Notes under the pieces: generated by a model
Seen by the model: only the letters and a program-made list of their open reading frames with translations
Told to the model about the DNA's origin: nothing
Database searches by the model: none
Source of the DNA: Chloropicon primus
Taxonomy: Eukaryota
Direction of reading: 5' to 3'
NCBI GenBank assembly: GCA_023205875.1
Contig: CP060756.1
Location: 186,001-250,000 of the forward strand
Length of the DNA stretch: 64,000 nucleotides
In this document: positions 1-9,961 of the stretch, piece by piece
Numbering within the stretch: the stretch's first letter is position 1
Layout: every line of letters starts with the position of its first letter
Program-made: the position numbers and the translations under genes

Positions 1-2
1 AC

Positions 3-479
3 GGCGAGGCTGACAGGTACTGTGGCACGGCGCACCTCTTCTCCAAAACTCCGTGCACTCACCTGATCGTGGATTCCACGAGGTGGCTGATCTTCCCACA
101 GAGGCAGTCGTGCTGCTATTGCTGTGACAGTGCGGACGGCTGCGGCATAGTGAAGAGAGACTTCCTTGCCAACGCCACCTTTGTTGGATATGAGGAGGTA
201 AATGGGACCAGCGTGCAGCATTGGAAGGAGGAGGGCCTCCAAGAGAACGATTACTGGCAGACCGACGACCAAAAGCCCGTCAGACTCTACCAGAAGCCCA
301 ACGATGACATGCGGTTCAAGGGCACCGACCTCAAGCCTATCGACCCTTCCGTCTTCCAGGTTCCAGACTATTGCAGCAGCGACAAGCAGTGCGGGGGGAC
401 CTGCTCCTTCCTGCGCAAGCGGGCGTCCAGGTCCGTCAGCAAGTCAGGGGGTCGCCCAAAGGGAATCCTCGTGGAGTGA
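3..479 (+). CDS. 3' part of a Cys-rich, probably secreted/lysosomal protein (ependymin-related/LolA-like fold suspected); truncated by the window start
   Basis: Open frame runs from base 3 (GEADRYCGTAHLF...) to TGA at 477-479. Motifs CCYCC..GCG, FLANATFVGYEEVNG..VQHW and IDPSVFQVPDYC resemble EPDR-like proteins. TGTAA at 492. Confidence 0.6.
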   Translation, partial: GEADRYCGTAHLFSKTPCTHLIVDSTRWLIFPQRQSCCYCCDSADGCGIVKRDFLANATFVGYEEVNGTSVQHWKEEGLQENDYWQTDDQKPVRLYQKPNDDMRFKGTDLKPIDPSVFQVPDYCSSDKQCGGTCSFLRKRASRSVSKSGGRPKGILVE

Positions 480-548
480 GAGAACGCGACCTGTAAAAAC
501 AAAGCTTCTTGTTTTTTATCCTAAATATACTAGTTTAGCTGGTTGGTT

Positions 549-1967
549 TTACAATAGAATGGAAAAGCTCTTGGAGCAAGGGCTTGGAGGACCCATGTCG
601 TGACCGCAGGTGGGGCACGGGTACACGTAGCACTCTTGCTCCGATGACGACGCATTCTCGGCCAAGTTCTCGTCGAAATCCGACATTCTGACGCTCTCCC
701 CCCTCGTTCGGAGCTGCCGGTGCTGCAGAACAGTCCTTACGTTCCCCCTTGCCATGCTTTCGCAACCCAGGCAAATCACATGCCCGCACTGCAGGAGTTG
801 CAGCTGCGACATGGCGTCATCCCCGTCGCCAAGGCTGCAGAACGGCGCCTGGCACATGGTCTGGTCGGTGTTCAGAGGGATGTCCTCGAGCTTCCTCATG
901 CACATCCGGAAGAAGAGCTGCGTGCTGCCAACCGAAACGTTGGGGTGCTTCATGAGGAAGCTCTCCGTCTTCTCGGCGATGACCTCGAAGCTCGACCGAG
1001 ATATCCGATGACACACCCCGCCCATGTAAGCGATGCCCAGGCGCTGCAAGTTGTTCGCCAGAGGCGTGCCCGATATGATGTCGAGAGTGTCCTCCAGCAT
1101 GATTCCGCTGCACCTCGACATGTTCAAGTGCATCAGCTTGGGGCAGCACTCCACGATGACCTCCAGCACTCGCTTTGTCAGCAGCCAGCACCCGGAGACG
1201 TCGAGGTACGTCAGGTTGGCCCCGCAGCACCTCAGGATGGGCAGCAGGGACTTTTCCGTGACCTGGACGCAGGACGGAAGAGATATGGACGAGACTTTGG
1301 ATAAAGCCTTGTCGCTTCCCAGCAGCACGAGGAGCTCATGGTCCGCCACCGAGTGCGCCAGCTTGTTCAGGTGCAGCGCCCTCCAGACGTCCGCGCTCCT
1401 CACCAACTTCCCCCACCTCTTGCACACCCGAGAGAGGGACATCATGGAGGTCGGGCAGTTGTCCGACTGCTGGAGAACTTCTGTGAAGATCTTACGGAGC
1501 TGGTCGTCCTCCAGGTCGTTCAAGCCGGGAACAGTCGTCGTCACCGACAGCGCGAAGTCCACGTACTGTATCTGCTGGGCGAGAGCCGTGCTCGACCCCG
1601 AGAACGAGCACATCTGCCGCCTCAACTTCCTTGCCTTATCCAGCAGCGTCCTCTTCTGCTGGCTCAGATTCTTGTAGTACTTGAGGTCGGTTCGACACGA
1701 GCACCGCCTGAGGGCCACCTCCACTGCCGCGAGGTTGAGGCAGGCCTTCTCGATCTCTTTCAGGACGACCAACTCCGCCTCCCCCAGCTTTCGTACCTCT
1801 TGCACGCCATCCACAGTGCCCGACCCCGCAGCCTCGAGGCCCGTCTTCTGCCTCTTCTTCACCACCTGAGCGGGCGGCGTCAAGAACTCCGGAGACTCCG
1901 GCGCGCAGTTTCCCTTCGGCGTGTCCGCAGCCATGGTGGTCGCGTTATCTTTGTACTCCTCCGTCAT
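549..1967 (-). CDS. F-box/LRR protein with C-terminal RING-like zinc finger
   Basis: F-box LNDLEDDQLRKIF...LSRVCKRWGKLV; cysteine-type LRRs (LTYLDVSGCWLLT, LMHLNMSRCSGI); C-terminal CQAPFC..CGHVICLGC..CPTC. Start uncertain: ATG 1967, or 2198 in the same frame. Confidence 0.8.
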   Translation of the reverse strand: MTEEYKDNATTMAADTPKGNCAPESPEFLTPPAQVVKKRQKTGLEAAGSGTVDGVQEVRKLGEAELVVLKEIEKACLNLAAVEVALRRCSCRTDLKYYKNLSQQKRTLLDKARKLRRQMCSFSGSSTALAQQIQYVDFALSVTTTVPGLNDLEDDQLRKIFTEVLQQSDNCPTSMMSLSRVCKRWGKLVRSADVWRALHLNKLAHSVADHELLVLLGSDKALSKVSSISLPSCVQVTEKSLLPILRCCGANLTYLDVSGCWLLTKRVLEVIVECCPKLMHLNMSRCSGIMLEDTLDIISGTPLANNLQRLGIAYMGGVCHRISRSSFEVIAEKTESFLMKHPNVSVGSTQLFFRMCMRKLEDIPLNTDQTMCQAPFCSLGDGDDAMSQLQLLQCGHVICLGCESMARGNVRTVLQHRQLRTRGESVRMSDFDENLAENASSSEQECYVYPCPTCGHDMGPPSPCSKSFSILL

Positions 1968-2463
1968 CTCGCCGCTCTCCTTCTGCTGGCTGGCCGAGGG
2001 CTGCTGCTGATCCTCCTCTCGGGCTGTCGATTTTGAATGAGAGAGAGGATGGAGGACAACTTTGCTTTGAGGAATGGATGTGGAGGGGGAGGGAGAGGGA
2101 ACCCGGGGACGGGGACGGGGACGAGGAGGTCGGGGAACCACGCACCGACCGACCCCCGGCCTTGGTAAAACACTTGGAGGAGGGGGATGATCCGCCATTG
2201 CTGATGGATTGGATTGGTTTGGGTTTGGTTCACCGTTTCTCGAGGCCTCGAGGGGGTTGGGACGTCTTGGAGGAAGGTGATGGTGGGAGTGGAGAGCCGT
2301 GTGGAGAACACGATTTTCGATTCTGGGGGGCACACGTTTTCCGTGCCTGTCGGTGCCCGAGCACACGCGCCTTGTGCTGTCTTGACGTTATTTGTTACAA
2401 ACTACAAAGTCCTGTCACACTTTAACAATATACACGCGAAGGAGGAGAGGGGACGCCTGCAGC

Positions 2464-3258
2464 TCACCGCCTTCTCTTTGATCTGACACTCCTTGGGTCT
2501 CGAGGGTCCTCGTCCATCATGTCCAGGCCCGGTCCGGTCGAGTCCGTCATCATGGCGTCCTGCTGCGCCGCTCCCCGGAGCTCGAGCTCTGTCCTTATGT
2601 TCTTCTTCACCTCCTCGATTCTCATGTTCACTTGGGTCTTGTGCATCGCCCTCGCTTGCGAGGTCTGGTTCGCCCAATCCAGCTGGCCCTGGATCGCCTC
2701 CAGGAGCTCATCCGAGGAGCCCAGCCACGACTCGAGGGAGGTGACGATCTCGTCGAGCTGGTTCGGGTGCACGTCCCTTCCCACGGCGCACTCCACCTCC
2801 AGGTACCTCAGCTTTTGGTCCAGCTTCCCGACGAGGACTCCCGTGTAGATGCAGTCGTTAATGATAAAGTCTTCCAACTCTCGGATGTCCTTGAGATCGA
2901 GCTCGGACATGAGCATCGCGTAGGGAAGGACCTTGTTCTGCTCCGCCAGAGTGATCACGGAGAGCTGCCGCAGTTTCCTCTGCTGCTCCGGGGAGATCGG
3001 GGGCAGCCTGCCTCCCTCCTTCTTGTACGACGACCAGGTGCCGTACGCGAACACCAGGAGAAGGTTGAACATGACCCTGCAGTCCGCGTCCTCCGAGGAC
3101 GAGAGAGCCCTCACCGCGGGCAACACGCTGAGCTCCTGGAACGCCAACATACCCGGCTCCGCCGTGGCCGTCCGGATAAGTTCCATCGCAGCCGCGCTCG
3201 ACTCCACCGACTTCCCGACGGCGAGGAAATGCTTCAGCTTGTCCTTCTCCGCTACCAT
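2464..3258 (-). CDS. CSN7: COP9 signalosome subunit 7 (PCI domain)
   Basis: LLVFAYGTWSSY, KLRQLSVITLAEQNKVLPYAMLMSELD, RELEDFIINDCIYTGVLVGKLDQ, AVGRDV match CSN7. ATG at 3258. Confidence 0.92.
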   Translation of the reverse strand: MVAEKDKLKHFLAVGKSVESSAAAMELIRTATAEPGMLAFQELSVLPAVRALSSSEDADCRVMFNLLLVFAYGTWSSYKKEGGRLPPISPEQQRKLRQLSVITLAEQNKVLPYAMLMSELDLKDIRELEDFIINDCIYTGVLVGKLDQKLRYLEVECAVGRDVHPNQLDEIVTSLESWLGSSDELLEAIQGQLDWANQTSQARAMHKTQVNMRIEEVKKNIRTELELRGAAQQDAMMTDSTGPGLDMMDEDPRDPRSVRSKRRR

Positions 3259-3466
3259 GTCCCCGTCTTCTGCAAAACGCAACGCTCTCTCTCTCCCTCG
3301 CTCTCTCTCTCTCGAGCGCCGGGCGTCACTCTCGATTGAGGAGGGAGGGGAGGGAGGAAACCAAGGAGAGGTGAATGGTTTTATGTTATGTGTGGAAGAA
3401 GGATGATGGGAACGGTCGGTGGTGGACTCGGAAAAAAATTCAGTACACAACGGGTTCCCGTTTCGT

Positions 3467-5573
3467 TTAAGCCGTGATTTTGAAGCCAGTGCAGTCCAGG
3501 ACAGTTCTCACTTGATCCATTGTGCTGGACGTTTCATCAGTCCTCGAGGAGCCGTTCATGGAGAGCCTGACGATGTAAATGACGATGGATGCCACAGACA
3601 GGAGCACGATGAGGCCCATGACCCCCCACTCCAGCACGGGGATGCTCTTCAAAGTCTTCCGCTTCTTGCAGCACAGGATGTAGAGGACGATGGGAAGGAC
3701 GATGGACGTGAGTACGACCAGAACCCCGTTCAGGAGTGACATGAGCGAAAGGAACCTGATGAACAGGGTGAGGGTCCAGGCCAGGAGCAAAACCACAAGG
3801 GAGATGCCAGCCCACTCCAACCGCGACCTCCAGCTCTCCTTGTTCGCGACCGCGGGGTTGATGAGCAGGTGGCAAGAACGGGTGATGACCACGGCCCTGA
3901 TGACGCAACACCCGATCATGTGGATGCTGAAGCAGATGACGGCGACGTACGCTAGCGCGGTGCGCCCCCTCTCCTCGTAATCGAAAATGGACGTCAAAAC
4001 TTGCTGCACCGACGCGTTTTTCAGCTCCTCCTCCTCCCCTTGGAAGTAGTATTGGGTGCAGGCGCTCACAACCGCAACAAAGAGGACGGCGGGGGTGGAC
4101 CAGTAGTTTGCCTTTGGGAATTCCTTGGTGTGCTTCATCTCTGCGATAATCTCCAGGATGATGAGTTGGTAGTAGTACGCGGTGACTAGGATATCGATCC
4201 CCAGAAGCGGTGCGGCTTGCTCGTCGTCAAAGTCGACGCTCGCTAGGATTGCCCCCGTATTCGGACCCAGCCGAGTGTTGGCGTCTTCGTGCCTACCGCC
4301 TGTCACGACCATGTACACGGAGATGAGGACGAAGACTAGCATGGCTGTTATGTTCACCACGTTCATCAAGGTCAGGGAGTGCAGGTACCGCAGCTGTGTC
4401 AGGGGAAGCAAGACCACGCACACCCCGCCAAGGAACGCCGCGAGACACTTGTCGCTGTAAGACCCCGGCTCCTCGGAGAAGAACCAGTAGATGTTTGAGG
4501 CCGCCGAATCGATTTGCGAGGCCAGAGTAAGCAGGATCGTCGCGTTCACGAAGAAGAAGGTCGCGTACATGGCTATCGGCGACTTCGTGACGTAGTACAC
4601 CAGGTCCCCGATCGAGATGGCGCCCGGGAACACGTTCCTGCACCTCCAAAGAAGGTGTGCGGCGTACAAGTTCAGAGGCCACAGGGCCAAGAGCAAGACG
4701 ATGCCCAGAATCCACCCGTACATTCCCAGGATGATGGAAGAGTACAAGATGAGCCACGCCCCGATCGTATCGTTGATGATGTACAGGGTGACCTGCCACC
4801 ACTTTGTCCGCTTGGGCGGCATCTTGTTCGTCTCCCTCGTGTACAGGGTTGCGTCCCTCGACAGGGGCTCCATATTGACGTGGCTGGCCTCGGAGGACTT
4901 GCTGCTCCCTTTGAAGAGCATTGCCGGAACGCACCCGCCCCCCATGCAGCCCCCCGGACTCCCGTTAAACATCCCCCCGAAGATTCCCCTGTCGCTCTCC
5001 TTGGCCTCCCCGACCTCCAGCCTCAACGATTCGTCATCCGGGCAAGCGATGGCCTTGCCGGAGCCAAGCTCCTCGACGACCTTGGTGCTCCCTGAGGAAG
5101 CCTTGGGCAGGAGCTTGATCCCTTTCCTCTTGACAATCGCCGGGTTCAGACGCAAAGAAGTCTCGCCTTCCCCCTTCGACCCCTCCCTCGCGTACTCGCG
5201 CGTGGGAGAGTCCTGCGCTGACCTAATCGATCGCCAAGTGAGCGTCCCGGACGTCCGGTCTCGCTGCGACAGCGTTGGACCCTCCGACGCCCCGCTCCGC
5301 CTCGAGCCCTCCTCGCTCGGGGACGGCGTCGTCGTCAACTCATCGATGCACGTCAGTCCTCCACCTGAACACAGAGAGAATGAACGAGGAGCAAGTCAAT
5401 CATCAGCCCGCGAGCGACCGAACAAACCTCTCTACCCCCACCGACGAGACGAAAAACGACCCGGCGCTCCTTCTCCCTCCCTTTGTTTTGTGTCTGCTCT
5501 TACCACTTTTTTGCTTCGGTTTGTGGCTGGACGAGGCGACGGGGCGAAGGGGGGTGGTCTTCTTCTCCTCCAT
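3467..5573 (-). CDS. Amino acid/auxin permease (Aa_trans, ProT-like), paralogue 1; two exons
   Basis: Exons 5573-5504 and 5364-3467; intron 5503-5365 (GTAAGA...TTCAG) joins in frame (MEEKK...KSG/GGLTCIDEL). About 11 hydrophobic segments; IIAEMKHTKEFPKA. Confidence 0.85.
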
Positions 5574-5726
5574 GCTCGCCTTCTTCGCTCGTGCCCACGC
5601 CCTAGTCCTCGTCCTCGCCTTGCCTGGCTCGATTTTGGACCCAAATTTTTGGTTCAGCCGTTAGAAAGCAGAGGAAGGAGATGAAAGCTTCCTTCTGGTG
5701 GTTGGTGGTGACATGTAAACGTCTCA

Positions 5727-7742
5727 TTAAAAGTCCAAGCTCGGGCAGTAAAAGTTTTGAGTCACCGCAGTAGCGGTCGCATTCTTTATGTACTGATAAT
5801 GGTTTTTGTCGATCCTTATTATAGACTTCGCGATGCTGGAGATCATGATCCCAATAAAGACAAAAAGACAGAACGCCATGGATACGAACTCGAGGCTGTG
5901 CAGTTTGTGCAACGTGTTCCCCTTCTTCGAGATGTAGAGGAAGACGCCAATTGGAAACAAGCCGCATACTACAATCGCCGTGTTCCCAATAAAGAAAGCC
6001 CACAGATCCAGCGTTGCCACGATTGAGCTGAGGGCCCAAGCCAGGACTAAGACGACCACAGAAATGCCAAACCACTCGAGACGTGCTCTCCAAGTGTTTT
6101 GCACAGCGACCAGAGGATTGATGCACAGGTGGCAGGATCGAACAAGGACCACGGCCTTTATCACGTTGCTCCCGAGCATGTGGACGCTGAAGCAGATGAG
6201 GGCGACGTACGCGAGGGGGGACTTGCGGTTCTCAAATATCGAGATCAGCACCTGGTCGTCTGAGACATCCTCCCTCTCCTGCAGAGGGCCAAGATACTGG
6301 TATTGTGCGGCACCCATAAGTATTGTCACGCCCAGGATGATGGGAGTGGACCAGTAGTTCGCCTTGGGGAACTCGGACGGATCTTTCATCTCCGCGATGA
6401 ACTCCAAAATGATTGCTTGGTACAAGTAGGCGCCCAACAACACATCAAGCCCAAGACTCGACGTGAGGTTGTCGTACTTCCGAGTATAAGAAAGACGGAT
6501 CGTGTCGATGTCCGGAATCCATGCCCCTGCCGTCGTCCCTTCTCTCTCTTCTCTCAGCAGCACATACAACGAGATGCCCACAAAGACGAGCATGCACGTG
6601 AGGTTGAGCACGTTGATTAATGTCAGGGAATGCAAGTACCTGAACTGCGTGAGAGGAACCGTCACTAGTGCTATGAACGCTGTGAACACGGCGAAGCATC
6701 GGCCACCAAATAAGCTCGTAGTGCGTTCTTGAAACTGCGTGAAGTAGTAGATGTTCGCAGCAGCCGAATAAATTTGGTTTGCGAGCACGAGCAGGATGAA
6801 AACATTCACGACAAAGAAGGTCGCGTACATGGCTATCGGCGACTTCGTGACGTAGTACACCAGGTCCCCGATCGAGATGGCGCCCGGGAATACGTTCCTG
6901 CACCTCCAAAGAAGGTGTGCGGCGTACATGTTCATAAGCCACAATCCTACAATGAAAACAATGCCAAGAGCCCAACCCCAGACTCCCAACAAGTAACTCG
7001 AGTAAAGGAGCAACCAGGCAACGACGACTTCGTTGATGATGTACAAGGTGACCTGCCACCAGCGGGCGAGGTGTCTGCTCGCTGGCATATTCCCCGTGTC
7101 ATTCTCCGCCGCTCTTTCCCGCGCCGTGGACGGGGGGTCCGAGCCCGAGCCACTCGCCTCGCTCTGACCAGGCGTCCCCCAAAGCCGTCCGAAGCAGGGG
7201 ACCGAAAGGGAGAGGGTGGAGAAGGCGGTCGGGGTTTTGCGCACGGAGGGCTGCCTCATGACTGCCATCTCGTCGTCAGACGGCTTCACGCACGATTTCA
7301 GCCTATCCAGATCCACGACCACGGCATCCTTCTCCGCCTCCTCCCTGTCGAAGAGCTTGATTTTCTTCTTCTTGTTGAGCCTCACGCCAAGGCCCAGGTT
7401 TTCTCTCCGGAAGCTTCCGTGGCTCCCCTTGGAGGAGAGGCTCCCTCGCTCTATGGAATCCAAGGACTTGGTCCTGAGCCCCGCCGAGGTTGCGCCCGAA
7501 GAGGACGCCCCGCTGCCCGTCGTCGACCTCTCCCTCTCGAGCCCAGCCTTCCTCATCACGGACGAGGACCACCGGAGAAGCTTCTTCGACGTCGATTTCG
7601 CACCGGTCGCTCCGTACAACCCGCTGCCGAGAGACGTCGTCGACGTCGTGTTCTCCGTCCGCACGCTCTCCTCTATCTCCGTCCTCTTCTCCATGGCGCC
7701 GGAGGCCTCGATCTCGCGGACCGTTACTTTGCTCAGGCTCAT
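5727..7742 (-). CDS. Amino acid/auxin permease (Aa_trans, ProT-like), paralogue 2
   Basis: Tandem paralogue of the previous gene (WWQVTLYIIN, FIAEMKDPSEFPKANYWSTP); long hydrophilic N-terminus; ATG at 7742. Confidence 0.85.
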   Translation of the reverse strand: MSLSKVTVREIEASGAMEKRTEIEESVRTENTTSTTSLGSGLYGATGAKSTSKKLLRWSSSVMRKAGLERERSTTGSGASSSGATSAGLRTKSLDSIERGSLSSKGSHGSFRRENLGLGVRLNKKKKIKLFDREEAEKDAVVVDLDRLKSCVKPSDDEMAVMRQPSVRKTPTAFSTLSLSVPCFGRLWGTPGQSEASGSGSDPPSTARERAAENDTGNMPASRHLARWWQVTLYIINEVVVAWLLLYSSYLLGVWGWALGIVFIVGLWLMNMYAAHLLWRCRNVFPGAISIGDLVYYVTKSPIAMYATFFVVNVFILLVLANQIYSAAANIYYFTQFQERTTSLFGGRCFAVFTAFIALVTVPLTQFRYLHSLTLINVLNLTCMLVFVGISLYVLLREEREGTTAGAWIPDIDTIRLSYTRKYDNLTSSLGLDVLLGAYLYQAIILEFIAEMKDPSEFPKANYWSTPIILGVTILMGAAQYQYLGPLQEREDVSDDQVLISIFENRKSPLAYVALICFSVHMLGSNVIKAVVLVRSCHLCINPLVAVQNTWRARLEWFGISVVVLVLAWALSSIVATLDLWAFFIGNTAIVVCGLFPIGVFLYISKKGNTLHKLHSLEFVSMAFCLFVFIGIMISSIAKSIIRIDKNHYQYIKNATATAVTQNFYCPSLDF

Positions 7743-7834
7743 GGAAACCAAAACAAAAAGGCAAAGCTCGAGCGGTTTGGCGGATTATATTAGTATCGGT
7801 GTTATTTGGTGCTCAGGGTCGTGGTTGCGGGGGG

Positions 7835-9109
7835 CTAGTTCCAGCCCCGCTCGTGCTGGAGGCACTCGAGGAACTCGGTGTCCTTCAGTTCGACGTAGAA
7901 AGTCTTGCCCTTGTGGTCCCAATAGTGGTAGAACTCCATCACGAGGGCGTCCGTGATCGAGATGCCAAACCCAGACTCCGTCCTGGAGAGGCAGAGCTTG
8001 AGCCTCACGTCGCAGAGGACAAAGTGGTTCGACCCCGGGGCGTCGGTGTCAGCCTCGCAGCCGGAGCTGCAATCCATCGTGTCCACTCCGCCGGCCTCCT
8101 CGGCCTCGTCGCCGCTCGTGTCGAACTCCGGGACGAGGGCGAGGACATCGGTGCCGTCCTCCTCGTCGAAGATGGCTCGATTCTTCACGTGAAAGCTGTT
8201 CTCCGGGTTGCTGCACGAGCAGCAATGGTTGCTGTAAAGCCAAATCACCCACTCGTCCAGGAAGTCGCGAAACTGACCGCGCGGGGCATCCGGGTTCTGG
8301 TCCGACAAGCGCTCGTCCTCGCCGGCCACATCCCAGCTCAAGTCCCAGTTGAATTTGTTGTCCAGGTGGGTGTTGTAGCTGAACACCTGGGTCATCTTCA
8401 TGTCGGTGCGACGCATGATGGAGACCTTGACCTCGATCGTGCCTTGGATCAAGTTCAGCAGGTGCAGCCCGCGCTGCGTCACGGACTTGTGGATGCTCGC
8501 CGTCGAGCCACCGCCGCCGCAGATCATGTCGTCCTCCATCATCTCCCCCACCGGCAAATTCACCAGGAGCTTGTTCGTCGTGTTGGCGTGGGCCCTCTCG
8601 AAGCAGATGGACGACCGCACCTTGCCGTCCACGAGGACGTCGAGGGTGAAGACCAGATCGTCGAAGCTGAGCGTCCGGAGCGGCTGGGGCACGGCTGAGG
8701 CCGAGGGCGAGCCGCCCCCCTCGCAGCGATCGCCGGCCTTCCCCCAGTCGAAGTCGTGGCTCTCTTTGCCCAGGAGAAGGAGGCGATTCGTCACTAGCTT
8801 CCTCTTGGCGTCCTCCGCCAGCAGGCTGGAGCAGACAAAGCAGTCCACCGGAGTCTGGTGGTGCTTCTGCAGGATGAGACGCAAGGGCGCGAGGATGCAA
8901 TCGCCCCCGTCGAGGCGATCGCACAATCTCATCCAGTGGTGCATCTCGATCGCGATGTTCCTCCACGATTTGCAGACTGCCATGCACCGCGCCAAGTCCA
9001 CCGGGTCCTCGACCCTCTCCAGAACGCACCGAATGACCTCCATGTCCTCCCCAAGCCTCCCTTGACTGCCGTCCCTCTCGTCCAGCCACATCCCCGACCT
9101 CAGCTTCAT
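7835..9109 (-). CDS. F-box protein with unrecognised C-terminal region
   Basis: N-terminal F-box LGEDMEVIRCVLERVEDPVDLARCMAVCKSWRNIA; coding-like GC3; ATG at 9109. Confidence 0.75.
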   Translation of the reverse strand: MKLRSGMWLDERDGSQGRLGEDMEVIRCVLERVEDPVDLARCMAVCKSWRNIAIEMHHWMRLCDRLDGGDCILAPLRLILQKHHQTPVDCFVCSSLLAEDAKRKLVTNRLLLLGKESHDFDWGKAGDRCEGGGSPSASAVPQPLRTLSFDDLVFTLDVLVDGKVRSSICFERAHANTTNKLLVNLPVGEMMEDDMICGGGGSTASIHKSVTQRGLHLLNLIQGTIEVKVSIMRRTDMKMTQVFSYNTHLDNKFNWDLSWDVAGEDERLSDQNPDAPRGQFRDFLDEWVIWLYSNHCCSCSNPENSFHVKNRAIFDEEDGTDVLALVPEFDTSGDEAEEAGGVDTMDCSSGCEADTDAPGSNHFVLCDVRLKLCLSRTESGFGISITDALVMEFYHYWDHKGKTFYVELKDTEFLECLQHERGWN

Positions 9110-9240
9110 CGCGGGCGCCCTGGTCCTCTCCTCCCCAGCAAACGAAGTGACGCCGACGCCGACGCCGACGGCGTGTGCTGTGTCTGTCACCCTTTCGGTC
9201 GATCGATCACAGGCAGTGTATCGATCGATCGGTCTCTCCT

Positions 9241-9792
9241 CGTCTCTCTCAGTCGTCTCTTTGGCAAAGCAAGTTGTGAGACTTCTTCGGAAGCCAGATC
9301 GCCACCAGCGTCGCGTCCCCCCGGATCCTCCTCCCGATCGATCACAGGCAGTGTCGTCCCGTGTCCACCGTCCTGTGTCCCCCCTCCGCCTCCGCCTCCG
9401 CTCCTGGTCCGTGTAACTGATCTGATCGATCGATCGATCGATCGCGCTCTCAGTCGTCTCTCAGTCGTCTCTTTGGCAAAGCAAGTTGTGAGACTTCTTC
9501 GGAAGCCAGATCGCCACCAGCGTCGCGTCCCCCCGGATCCTCCTCCCGATCGATCACAGGCAGTGTCGTCCCGTGTCCACCGTCCTGTGTCCCCCCTCCG
9601 CCTCCGCCTCCGCTCCTGGTCCGTGTAACTGATCTGATCGATCGATCGATCGATCGCGCTCTCAGTCGTCTCTCAGTCGTCTCTTTGGCAAAGCAAGTTG
9701 TGAGACTTCTTCGGAAGCCAGATCGCCACCAGCGTCGCGTCCCCCCGGATCCTCCTCCCGATCGATCACAGGCAGTGTCGTCCCGTGTCCAC
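9241..9792. repeat. Tandem repeat, 212-bp unit, about 2.6 near-identical copies
   Basis: GTCGTCTCTTTGGCAAAGCAAGTTGTGAGAC recurs at 9252, 9464 and 9676; full units contain a (GATC)n run. Confidence 0.95.
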
Positions 9793-9961
9793 GCCTGCCC
9801 CCCTCCCTCGTAACTGTTCCTTTTTTTTGAAATTTCCCCCTTGGCTTGAGCCGCCGCTGAAGGAGAGAGAAGGCACTAGAGAAGAGAGGAAGGACGGCCT
9901 TGACTGAAACCGCCCGAGTTGTTTAGCACGAAGGAGGGACGAAGACGATAACGAACTGTGC

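Noticed and set aside
549..9109. Two F-box genes plus CSN7 as a cullin-ligase gene cluster
   Set aside because: F-box genes are common and the permeases interrupt the group; coincidence is sufficient.
9241..9792. Repeat arrays here and at 19061-19492 as possible CRISPR arrays
   Set aside because: Whole units repeat with no unique spacers, there are no cas genes and the context is eukaryotic.
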